The translations under genes were made by a program, and so were the position numbers. Below the pieces are notes generated by a model that was not told the DNA's origin, did no database searches, and worked only from the letters and a program-made list of their open reading frames with translations. Of a DNA stretch of 64,000 nt, positions 1 to 8,505 are shown in pieces (within the stretch, counting starts at the first letter, position 1; each line of letters opens with the position of its first letter). The DNA comes from an uncultured Chroococcidiopsis sp. (GTDB lineage: Bacteria; Cyanobacteriota; Cyanobacteriia; Cyanobacteriales; Chroococcidiopsidaceae), in NCBI GenBank assembly GCA_964248365.1, contig CAXTYC010000010.1, positions 64,001-128,000 of the forward strand, written 5' to 3'.

Positions 1-1
1 G

Positions 2-1135
2 GATACTCAAGGACGAGAATATCTAGATTTTGTGGCGGGGATTGCTACTTGCACTTTGGGACACGCTCATCCTGCTTTGGTAGAAACGGTAACGCGGCAA
101 ATTCAGACTTTGCACCACGTTTCTAATTTGTACTATATTCCCGTGCAAGCTGAGCTAGCCAAGTGGTTGATTTCCCATTCCTGCACTGATCGCGTGTTCT
201 TTTGCAACTCTGGGGCGGAAGCAAATGAAGGAGCGATTAAACTAGCTCGGAAGTATGCCCATACAGTGCTAGGAATTCAGCATCCTGTGATTTTAACAGC
301 GAATGCTAGTTTTCATGGCAGGACATTGGCAACGATTACGGCAACAGGTCAACCAAAGTATCAAAAAGATTTTAGTCCCCTAGTGCCTGGTTTTCATTAC
401 GTACCTTATAACGATATTGCCCTCCTCAAAGAAGCAATTGGGGAACTAGATGAAGGCGATCGCGCAGTAGCGGCAATTCTTTTGGAACCGTTGCAAGGCG
501 AAGGTGGTGTAAGACCAGGAGATATAGCATACTTCCAGCAAATACGCAAGATATGTGACGAAACTGGGATTTTACTTATCCTAGACGAAGTGCAAGTCGG
601 AATGGGTCGCAGTGGCAAGCTTTGGGGTTATGAAAATTTGGGCATTGAACCAGATATTTTCACCAGTGCTAAAGGCTTAGGCGGTGGTATTCCGATTGGT
701 GCTATGATGTGCAAAAAGTTCTGCGATGTCTTCCAAGCCGGAGATCATGCCAGTACATTTGGCGGAAATCCCTTTGCTTGTGCAGCAGCTTTGTGCGTGT
801 GTGAAACGATAGAACGGGAAAATCTTCTGCAAAACGTGCAATCACGGGGCGAACAGCTACGGAATGGCTTGAAGGCGATCGCAGCCAAATATCCCAGTCA
901 AATTACCGATGTACGCGGCTGGGGTTTGATTAATGGTATGGAACTAAATGCAGACATTCAGCTAACTGCTGCTGATGTTGTTAAAGCTGGCATAGCTGAA
1001 GGCTTGTTGCTAGTACCAGCAGGACCAAAAGTAGTTCGCTTTGTTCCACCTTTGATTGTTAGCGAAGCAGAAGTTAATACGGCATTGCAAGCAGTTGAAC
1101 GAGCAATGGCATCTGTAATGCGCGTAACCGTATAG
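2..1135 (+). CDS. argD: Acetylornithine aminotransferase (class III PLP), 5' end outside window
   Basis: Frame open from base 2 (DTQGREYLDFVAGIA); motifs FCNSGAEANE, SFHGRT, DEVQVGMGRSG, AKGLGGG, HASTFGGNP. Confidence 0.9.
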   Translation, partial: DTQGREYLDFVAGIATCTLGHAHPALVETVTRQIQTLHHVSNLYYIPVQAELAKWLISHSCTDRVFFCNSGAEANEGAIKLARKYAHTVLGIQHPVILTANASFHGRTLATITATGQPKYQKDFSPLVPGFHYVPYNDIALLKEAIGELDEGDRAVAAILLEPLQGEGGVRPGDIAYFQQIRKICDETGILLILDEVQVGMGRSGKLWGYENLGIEPDIFTSAKGLGGGIPIGAMMCKKFCDVFQAGDHASTFGGNPFACAAALCVCETIERENLLQNVQSRGEQLRNGLKAIAAKYPSQITDVRGWGLINGMELNADIQLTAADVVKAGIAEGLLLVPAGPKVVRFVPPLIVSEAEVNTALQAVERAMASVMRVTV

Positions 1136-1168
1136 TTTTGATGCTGACGTAGTAGGCGGCGAACAATA

Positions 1169-1202
1169 CAAAAAAGCCCGTTTCACTTCTTGTGAGACGG
1201 GC
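1169..1202 (-). terminator. Intrinsic terminator-like hairpin between argD and the intI remnant
   Basis: GCCCGTTTCAC-ttctt-GTGAGACGGGC stem preceded by an A-run (U-tract on minus strand); may be bidirectional. Confidence 0.55.
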
Positions 1203-1223
1203 AAGTTATTATCCAGGGCTTTT

Positions 1224-1640
1224 CGATAAATTAGTACCGTAAAGTAGTTTAATAAGAAGTTGATAAACACCCGATAATTGATTAAAAATTGCTAAAACTT
1301 ATGGCTTTATTAAAATAGTTGTTATATCTCGATTTTGCTTTGCCCTGACTGCATCAACCTTTAAATCTAAATCTTGTTTCAATACCTCTTTATATAAAAA
1401 TAGAATGGCATGGAAGTGCTTGATTTTGATTCGATTCAGCTACGTTTTCATTGAGGGCTAGATGGGTGAAAAAAACCTCTTTTTCCTTACCTCCCATATC
1501 CTTGGGATGATGTTTGTCATGAAAAAGAATGTATCGCCGAATTCAGTTAATATAAGTTTTTTTCTGTTTGGTAAGAATAATGCTTAAGCCGAATTAAGTC
1601 TTGCAGTTGCGGCACTCAGCTTTTTCGGGCGTTATTCCAT
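1224..1640 (-). pseudogene. intI: Integron integrase remnant (N-terminal SAM-like domain to Box I), frameshifted and truncated
   Basis: Manual minus-strand translation across frameshifts: ME*RPKKL..QLQDLIRLKHYSYQTEK.TYIN*IRRYILFHDKHHPKDMGGKE..FFTHLALNENVAESNQNQAL.HAILFLYKEVLKQDLDLKVDAVRAK...VLAIFNQLSGVYQLLIKLLYGT; typical IntI N-terminus, ends at the LLYGTGLR box. Confidence 0.85.
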
Positions 1641-1702
1641 AGAGTGATATCTAGAATTTATCTGTATAATGCTCTAATACAGTTGTTATTTAGAAAAATT
1701 CT

Positions 1703-1723
1703 GGATAACACCAATAGTTATGT
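1703..1723 (+). other. Putative attI site
   Basis: ATAAC-accaata-GTTATGT inverted core pair ~70 bp upstream of the divergent intI start; GTTATGTGGC (1717-1726) complements GCCGCATAAC (2417-2426) with one mismatch. Confidence 0.65.
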
Positions 1724-1827
1724 GGCTTAAGTTCAGCAGTTGTGGCAGTAGTTTGAATGTTATGTGTGGATGTTCAACATCAAAGCGAATCTTAGACTCA
1801 AGATAACAGTGCATACATTGGTAAGGT

Positions 1828-2406
1828 ATGGGAGCAGACATATACATCTACGCTGAGATTCGGAAAGATGATGACTGGGAACCTGTACCTGAACCTGCTG
1901 TTTCAAGGTCTAAGAAAGTTCCTATTGACTCAATCAATCTTCCTTGTACTCGCCCATATCGATTATTTGTCATGCTTTCAGGCATTTATCATCACGCTGT
2001 TTTAGGCGTGGCAAGACCTATTTCAGAGCTACGAGGATTTCCAGATGATATGAATGCTGTTTACAAAGAGTATTTTGACCAACACGGTACAGGAGTTGGA
2101 CGTTCTTAGTTAATGGTTGGAGAAATCATTAATTACAAGTGGGATAGTGAGTTTGTGATGTATAGAGCTTGTGTTGATAAGAAGTACGCTCCGCTATTTC
2201 ACGAACGTTCTCCTTTCCCTGATGCCTTTCCAAAGGGCGCTTCCATCTATCACACACAACAACCTGGTACTGTTTAGGTTTCGTGGAAAAGTAGTTGTCG
2301 AGAATTTGTGAACTTAGACCACGAAACCTGTTTAGAGGACTTCATTGAGGAGTTACTAAAGCTAGGAGATCCAGATAAAGTAAGGATTATTTTTTTGTTT
2401 CTTTAA
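1828..2406 (+). pseudogene. First integron cassette gene, hypothetical protein with two in-frame TAG stops
   Basis: Frame continues past TAG at 2107 and 2275 to ...LLKLGDPDKVRIIFLFL*; bounded by attI and an attC R'' box 11 bp after the stop. Confidence 0.7.
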
Positions 2407-2416
2407 GTTGAGATAC

Positions 2417-2450
2417 GCCGCATAACAATCCCGTTGCACACTGACCGCAT
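2417..2450 (+). other. Left half of an attC site (R'' and L''), right half lost
   Basis: GCCGCATAAC-aatcccg-TTGCACACTGACCGC; followed at ~2461 by a repeat element instead of L'/R'. Confidence 0.6.
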
Positions 2451-2460
2451 CAAGTGAAAT

Positions 2461-2558
2461 TTCTAGGCAAGCCACCCATGCCCACGATTATCAGAAAGAG
2501 CGGGCAGGGGTGGCAAACCCCTTCATCTACTGTTCACGAATGTTTTAGGATTGCTATA
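2461..2558. mobile_element. REP/MITE-like element copy 1 (ends CTGTTCACGAATGTTTTAGGATTGCTATA)
   Basis: Same terminal ~29 nt at 38104-38132 and 63457-63485; internal GCCACCC..GGGTGGC hairpin. Confidence 0.7.
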
Positions 2559-2816
2559 TAATAATGAACCATTCTACAATGGTCTATGTATTACTATTTA
2601 TGCTGCTGATTATATCTGCTCTCATCAAGGTAAGTAGATTAGGACGAACTCACTAGATGATCGAACAACACTTGAACAAGCATATTATCAGCAAAATATT
2701 CTTATCACGCATTAAGATCACTTGAATGTGGTTGATGATAAACTCCTAACTCTATAGCAAATCAAGCATCTATCCAATTTTTTAAAAGATGCGCCAGATA
2801 ACGTTTTTGCATATAT

Positions 2817-3072
2817 TGGAAAATGGGTATATTGAAAAGAGGTTTACGTGAACTTGGCTTGTCGGAAGATATGCCCCGCGTTGGCTGGCAAAGAGGATAC
2901 TATCGCTGTCCCCTAGCTCAGAACTGGAAGGAATATCTGCTGGGAGACACAAATCGAGTAGTATGGCGAGAGTTTACAAAAGAGAGATTTGGTAAGCTAC
3001 TGGCATGAACGGTGGGTTGCTCCAAGACTGGATATGCTGCAAACCAATTTGGAATTAGAACCTATTTTGTAG
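2817..3072 (+). pseudogene. C-terminal fragment resembling Druantia DruA (DUF4338), frameshifted
   Basis: WKMGILKRGLRELGLSEDMPRVGWQRGYYRCPLAQNWKEYLLGD...(+1 shift in AG run ~2985) LVSYWHERWVAPRLD; resembles the DruA C-terminus as recalled, not searched. Confidence 0.5.
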
Positions 3073-3153
3073 AATTTGCCAAACTTTATAGGATAAATCA
3101 TATCTTGCATGGCTCAGGTAGAGGGGGTATTGTGTTTAACCTATACTTAGGTT

Positions 3154-3570
3154 ATGCCCAGGTTAGACATCATCCATGACGCTGTAAAAAATGCACTGAT
3201 AAAGGACGGCGGGACGATTACAGACGATCCCTACATAATTCAGTATCGAAGAACAACGTTGTACGCTGATCTTGGTGCTGAACGCCCTATTGCGGCTGAA
3301 CGCAATGGACAGAAGCTTATCATTGAAGTCAAAAGCTTCGTTGGCGCATCAAAAATACAAGATTTGAAAGAAGCTCTCGGTCAGTACGATATCTATCGCT
3401 ATCTTTTAGAGGTAACAGCGCCAGAGCGCAAACTTTATGTTGCTGTCAGTGTAGTCCCTTATAACACCTTTTTTAAGCAGGACGTGGTTCAACTCATTCT
3501 TAATAGACACCAACTTCCACTCATTGTCGTAGACATAGAGGTAGAGGAGATTACGCAATGGATAAATTAA
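3154..3570 (+). CDS. xisH: XisH family protein (PD-(D/E)xK-like fold)
   Basis: HDAVKNALIKDG..ITDDP..ADLGAE..IEVKSF..ALGQY signature. Confidence 0.92.
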   Translation: MPRLDIIHDAVKNALIKDGGTITDDPYIIQYRRTTLYADLGAERPIAAERNGQKLIIEVKSFVGASKIQDLKEALGQYDIYRYLLEVTAPERKLYVAVSVVPYNTFFKQDVVQLILNRHQLPLIVVDIEVEEITQWIN

Positions 3571-3902
3571 CTGAGTATCCCAAGCTAATCAAACGTATCT
3601 TGGCGGAATATATAGAATTGTGTAACCGCCGTTCCGACCGAGACATCGAAACATTCTTGATTGTAGATGAGCTAAAGGGTCACTATATTTGGATGAACCT
3701 TGGTTGGCAAAATGGCGATCGCATTACTGGTATGACAGTTTACGTTCGTATTCGTGATGGTAAGTTCTGGATCGAGGAAGATTGGACTGAAGATGGCATT
3801 GCAACTGATCTAGTTCGTGCGGGTGTTCCCAAGGAAGATATCGTGTTGGCATTCCACGAGCCTAAGATGCGGCAGTACACCGATTTTGCCTCTGCGTCGT
3901 AG
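3558..3902 (+). CDS. xisI: XisI family protein
   Basis: MDKL..Y, GKFWIEEDWTEDGIATDLVRAGVPKEDIVLAFH; overlaps xisH stop. Confidence 0.92.
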   Translation: MDKLTEYPKLIKRILAEYIELCNRRSDRDIETFLIVDELKGHYIWMNLGWQNGDRITGMTVYVRIRDGKFWIEEDWTEDGIATDLVRAGVPKEDIVLAFHEPKMRQYTDFASAS

Positions 3903-3912
3903 CAGTTGTACA

Positions 3913-3999
3913 GGCTAACAACCCATTGGAGCGGACGGACGAAAGCCTTCGGTATCGTGGCATAAGGCTGTCTACCGCCGCTCATCTGTGCCGTTATGC
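3913..3999 (+). other. Complete attC recombination site (87 bp)
   Basis: R'' GGCTAAC, L'' TG(G)AGCGG(A)CGG pairing with L' CCGCCGCTCA leaving two extrahelical bases, R' GTTATGC; starts 11 bp after xisI stop. Confidence 0.85.
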
Positions 4000-6096
4000 C
4001 GCAGCTAAGCCACTATGTCTGAGTAAAGGCTCGGTACTCGGTTCGCGTCCTCGGAAGGACTTAAACACCTCCATCGGGTGTTTGCTACCACCCAAAGCCA
4101 GGACGGTTTCGCGGAAGCGCTTACCAGTAGCAGTTATAGCCTGAGAATCTTCCAAGCCAGCTTCTTCAAAAGCACTGAAAGCATCAGCGCTTAATACTTC
4201 AGCCCACTTGTAGCTGTAATAACCTGCGGCATAACCCCCCGTAAAGATATGCCCAAACGAGCATAAAAATGCATCTTCTGGTAGAGGTGGCAAGACAGTA
4301 GTTGTTTTAGCAATGCGGTTACGCACATCATTCACACTTTCACTACTGCCTGGTTGATAGCGGTGATGCAGTTCTAAGTCAACTAAGCCAAAGTGTAACT
4401 GTCGCAGCATAGCACTACCACTCATATAATTACGAGCAGCCAACAGCTTTTGATAATAATGTTCTGGCAAAGTTTCACCTGTTTCGTAGTGCTTCGCCAT
4501 TCCCAGCAATGTCTCGCGGTGGTAACACCAGTTTTCCATGAACTGGCTGGGTAGTTCGACGGCATCCCACTCGACATTATTGATTCCGGCTGCTCCTGCG
4601 TAATCTACCTTAGTCAGCATATGCTGCAACCCGTGACCAAACTCGTGAAATAGAGTTTCCACCTCTCTGAAAGTCATTAAGCTGGGCTTACCATCTACTG
4701 GGGGTGTTTGATTACACACCAAATATGCTACTGGTTTGCGGGTAATAGTTGTGCCATCGGTTGTAGTAATTTTGGCACGACCGATGCAATCATCCATCCA
4801 AGCGCCGCCACGTTTTTCGGCTGGACGACTGTAGGGATCTAAGTAGAAGTAGGCGATCGCTTCCCCTGATTCGTCAGCAATTTGGAAATACCGCACATCC
4901 TCGTGCCATACTGGAGCTTGACCATCGGCAGCAGTAACGGTAACACCAAAAATCCGCTTTACTAGGTCAAACAACCCATTTAGCACTTGGGGTAGAGGGA
5001 AGTAAGGACGCAGTTCTTCATCACTAAAGGCAAATTTTTCTTCTCGCTGGCGTTCAGCCCAATAGCTAACATCCCAGTGCTTGAGATCGTTAGCTTCCGG
5101 TGCGCCTTTAGATGCAGCAAAGGCTTTTAGCTCCTCAAACTCTTTTTTAGCAGCATCATAACTAGCACGGCGCAGTTCTTCATGTAGCGCCTCTACTGCG
5201 TCATAACTAGGAGCCATTTTACTAGCTAAGCTTAATTCAGCATAGCTGTTAAAGCCAAGTATATTTGCTTCTTCCTGACGCAGTTGTAAAATTCGTTCAA
5301 TGATTTGTGTATTATCTAACTCACCGGATGAAGCGCGGCTGATGAAAGCCTTATAAAGTTTCTCCCGTAAATCCCGACGTTTGCTGTGTTGCATGAAGGG
5401 ACCATAACTGGGGAAATCTAGAGTAATCCGCCAGGGACCATTTTCAGCAGTGGCATTTTCTTCACCCGCAGCACGAGCAGAAGCAGCAGCAAGACTGAGT
5501 AGGCTGGGGGGTAAACCGTCGATTTCGTCTTTGTTTGTCAGAGTAAGGCTAAAAGCTTTAGTAGCGTCTAAGACGTGGTTGGAAAATTTAGTAGAAAGTT
5601 CTGCTAATTCTAGCTGAATGGCGTTGAAGCGATCGCGCTTCTCTCCCTCCAAACCTACACCCGAAAGTTCGGCATCTCTAATCGCTGCTTCCACAATTCT
5701 TTTTTGGGCATCTTCTAGGCTATCCCATTCTTTACTATCCCGCAGCGCCTTAAAAGCTTCATACAGTGGTTTACTTTGATTGAGCTTATTGTAGAATTGC
5801 ACTACTTGGGGTTGTACGGTTTCGTAAGCCGTTCGCAATTCTGGGCTATTCTTCACACCCATTAGATGCCCAACTATACCCCAACTCCAGCGTAGGCGAT
5901 CGCTCAAGCGGTCTAGTGGCTCTACTAAGCCGCTCCAAGTGGGTTGCACTTTTGCCTCTAATTTGCTAAGTTCTGTTTCTAATTCTGCCAGCAGCTGCGT
6001 CATCGCTGGCTCAACGTGTTCAGGCTTAATGGTTGCAAACGGTGGTAGTCCCTCACCAATCAGCAACGGATTATCAGTAACTGTGCTTACACTCAT
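3994..6096 (-). CDS. prlC: Oligopeptidase A (M3 family)
   Basis: HEFGHGLQH zinc motif, EKRGGAWMD, WDAVELPSQFMENW, GYAAGYYSYKWAEVL. Confidence 0.95.
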   Translation of the reverse strand: MSVSTVTDNPLLIGEGLPPFATIKPEHVEPAMTQLLAELETELSKLEAKVQPTWSGLVEPLDRLSDRLRWSWGIVGHLMGVKNSPELRTAYETVQPQVVQFYNKLNQSKPLYEAFKALRDSKEWDSLEDAQKRIVEAAIRDAELSGVGLEGEKRDRFNAIQLELAELSTKFSNHVLDATKAFSLTLTNKDEIDGLPPSLLSLAAASARAAGEENATAENGPWRITLDFPSYGPFMQHSKRRDLREKLYKAFISRASSGELDNTQIIERILQLRQEEANILGFNSYAELSLASKMAPSYDAVEALHEELRRASYDAAKKEFEELKAFAASKGAPEANDLKHWDVSYWAERQREEKFAFSDEELRPYFPLPQVLNGLFDLVKRIFGVTVTAADGQAPVWHEDVRYFQIADESGEAIAYFYLDPYSRPAEKRGGAWMDDCIGRAKITTTDGTTITRKPVAYLVCNQTPPVDGKPSLMTFREVETLFHEFGHGLQHMLTKVDYAGAAGINNVEWDAVELPSQFMENWCYHRETLLGMAKHYETGETLPEHYYQKLLAARNYMSGSAMLRQLHFGLVDLELHHRYQPGSSESVNDVRNRIAKTTTVLPPLPEDAFLCSFGHIFTGGYAAGYYSYKWAEVLSADAFSAFEEAGLEDSQAITATGKRFRETVLALGGSKHPMEVFKSFRGREPSTEPLLRHSGLAAA

Positions 6097-6442
6097 GAAT
6101 GTTATTTAGGTCGCTTTTACTTTCACGATAATGAAAGTTGGCGACTTTTGCCGAGTGTTGAACACCGTAAGCAGATGGCTGTTAGCGGTGTTGGATAAAA
6201 TTAGAATGATCTTATTTCACGCAAAGACGCAAAGGCGCTAAGGAAAACAAAGGGTAATTTGAGTAGATGGGTAGGGTGTGTTAGGCTTTGCCGTAACGCA
6301 CCAGTGCTGAGGTTAAGGGTGCATGACGAGTAGCTCAAATCGCACCCAAAGTTTGTGCAACTTAGCTGCTAGCTTTTGGGTTGTCGGTATTTGTGTCGCT
6401 GTTGTCGGTTTGGATGAGCGAGAATAAGGAATTGCTCTTTAG

Positions 6443-7822
6443 CTATACAAATATTTTTACAATTTTAAGGTCATCTGGCTTTGATTCATACTCATCGCTT
6501 TGAATTGCTTCTAAAAACTTGGTAGAAAACCTTGATTTGTCCTTCATAAAATCTTCAAACATAACCAACGGTAAGTAGGTCGTCTGAAATAAACAGCGAA
6601 CCGTGTGTTGGCGGATCTGTTATGCAGCAAGGGTTATCTATGTTGACGGTTCGCTGTTTATTTATGACTTTGTACTTAGTAGTACGCTTTCAACTTCTAC
6701 ATCATCCTCATTGAAGATAATCGTCTCAAATCTAAATCTATAGCCAGACCATCTGATAGTAGGTAGTCTATCTACTGCGTCCTGTAAGTATTTTATTATG
6801 TTGTAAGTTTTTGGATCAGGATTTTTCTGCCCCTGCTCTACCCACCAATAAACATTGTGCCTAACAAAGTGCTTCCCATTTCCATTAGTACATACCTCTA
6901 TTTCCACACCGTCTACAAACAAAAACTGACGAGACATTTCTCTAGCTTCGCCTTCTGGCATTGGTTCTAATTCCTCCCAAGGTTCGACTTCAATAAAATC
7001 TTTATGCTTTTGCTGCTGATGTTTGACTGTAAGCTCTATCGCAATAGGATCATCTTCTAATGCACCTAGACTTGAAGCGTCTTCCTTTAGCTCTGGTGTA
7101 TTCTCTATAATTGTTTCTAGCTGCTTGCGACTAAAAGCCATCAGCTCTACACCTGCTACCGTCCGACGAGTCGCATCATGCATAAAATCGACTAATCCCT
7201 GAATCGGAGCTAGGTCTATTCTTATACCGTTGTACTCGGTTTCCCAATACCCAAATTTACCTAGAGATTTAGGATCTGTGTGGTATTGTTTCCACTTCAA
7301 AGAGCTAGCTTTTTTATTGATGTTTCTTAATGCACTGCGTATGCTACCTGATACACCGCGCTTGCCATACACGGGGTAAACTAAATATATTGTCGGCGGT
7401 TCTTCTTCAGCAATTGGGTTAAACCCAAATACCATAACATTCAACTTGGTTAGCTGTTGAAGGCTTTGTTGTAAAGCTATTTCAACTGAAGTTATTTTTC
7501 TAACTGGTACTACTACTTTTGACCAATTCAGCGGCGGCTTGTATAATTTTATAAACTGATCTTCGAGATTTGAGAGAGTATTGATATCATTACTACAAGT
7601 TATCCAGCTAATACTAACGCGGTCTTTTCGATTAAACCTTTTTAGCTGGTTAAATCTGTGGTGCTGTCTCCAACGCTCAACTAAGTTGACTGTTCTACCA
7701 ATATAAAGAACATGACCTTTACTGTCAGATACAAAGTAAATGGCTGCACAATTGGGGAGATTATTTCTGTCTAATAAATAAACTGATGGCAAGTCAGACA
7801 ATTTGATGTTTTCTAATAACAT
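6443..7822 (-). pseudogene. GIY-YIG nuclease-domain protein with 3' end interrupted by a MITE
   Basis: AIYFV..VLYIGRTVNLVERWRQH..LEDQFIKLYKPPLN; removing 105 bp at 6574-6678 restores frame ESVLL-PLVMFEDFMKDK.. to a TAG at 6443. Confidence 0.75.
6572..6678. mobile_element. 103 bp MITE with TA target duplication (IS630/Tc1-like ends)
   Basis: TA|AGTAggtcgtctgAAATAAACAGCGAACCGT ... ACGGTTCGCTGTTTATTTatgactttgTACT|TA; 18 bp perfect internal inverted repeat. Confidence 0.85.
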
Positions 7823-7936
7823 CAGTGCATTAAGTTTATGTTATTTCTTGGTAGCTCAAGAGAAAGATGAGTACAACAAAACACGTAGCTAATAATTTGT
7901 GCTGAGAAATAGTAGCTAACCGCTAATTGCTAACTG

Positions 7937-8443
7937 CTAACTGCTAACTGCTAATAATTGATCGATATCTAGTAGAAATATCGTCATCGCTGTTTCCATT
8001 GTTGGAATTACAGCCACATGAGTAGCGAAACCAAATATATCAGCATTGCGGTAGGAATCTGGCAAAACTCGAATGCAGGATAATGCTATTTCCATTAAAG
8101 TGGGAACGGAGCCAACTGGAATGCCATAAAGTTCGCTTTGTCGATTTTTAACAATCATCAAGTAACTGTTTTTAGATGCATCTTTGATACTGCTAGATTG
8201 GAATAATCGTTTATGCAAATCAACAACAGTCACCTCACGATCGCCCACATGAGCAATTCCTACCCCATGTAGCCCACTACCATAAACGGTAGTTTTTGGC
8301 AATACTTTAGCAATATTGTGAATGGGCAAAGCTAACTTAATATCGCCCATTTCAAACATAATTACTTTAAGGGAATTTACCGCCTCTTGGTTATTAGCCT
8401 GCCTAGAAGCATTTGCTTTTGTTTTAATTAAGGCACTTTTCAT
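7937..8443 (-). CDS. cheW: CheW-like adaptor, last gene of the taxis cluster
   Basis: LALPI..V.KVL..GIAHVGDREVTVVDL..YGIPV; directly downstream of cheA. Confidence 0.8.
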   Translation of the reverse strand: MKSALIKTKANASRQANNQEAVNSLKVIMFEMGDIKLALPIHNIAKVLPKTTVYGSGLHGVGIAHVGDREVTVVDLHKRLFQSSSIKDASKNSYLMIVKNRQSELYGIPVGSVPTLMEIALSCIRVLPDSYRNADIFGFATHVAVIPTMETAMTIFLLDIDQLLAVSS

Positions 8444-8505
8444 AATTTTTTATCCTTTGTCATTTGTCAACAACTAATTACCAATTACCAATTACCAATT
8501 ACCAA

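Noticed and set aside
1010..1270. 86 aa minus-strand ORF
   Set aside because: Overlaps argD antisense and an off-frame part of the intI remnant; no recognisable protein
1662..1682. CTGTA..TACAG inverted repeat upstream of intI as a LexA box
   Set aside because: Spacer is 13 nt rather than the 8 nt of the proteobacterial box and it does not match the cyanobacterial LexA motif
3154..3902. fdxN-type excision element
   Set aside because: No xisF serine recombinase or interrupted nif/fdxN gene nearby; context is an integron array
3740..4144. ORFs 3740-3985 (-) and 3926-4144 (+)
   Set aside because: Shadows of xisI, the attC and prlC
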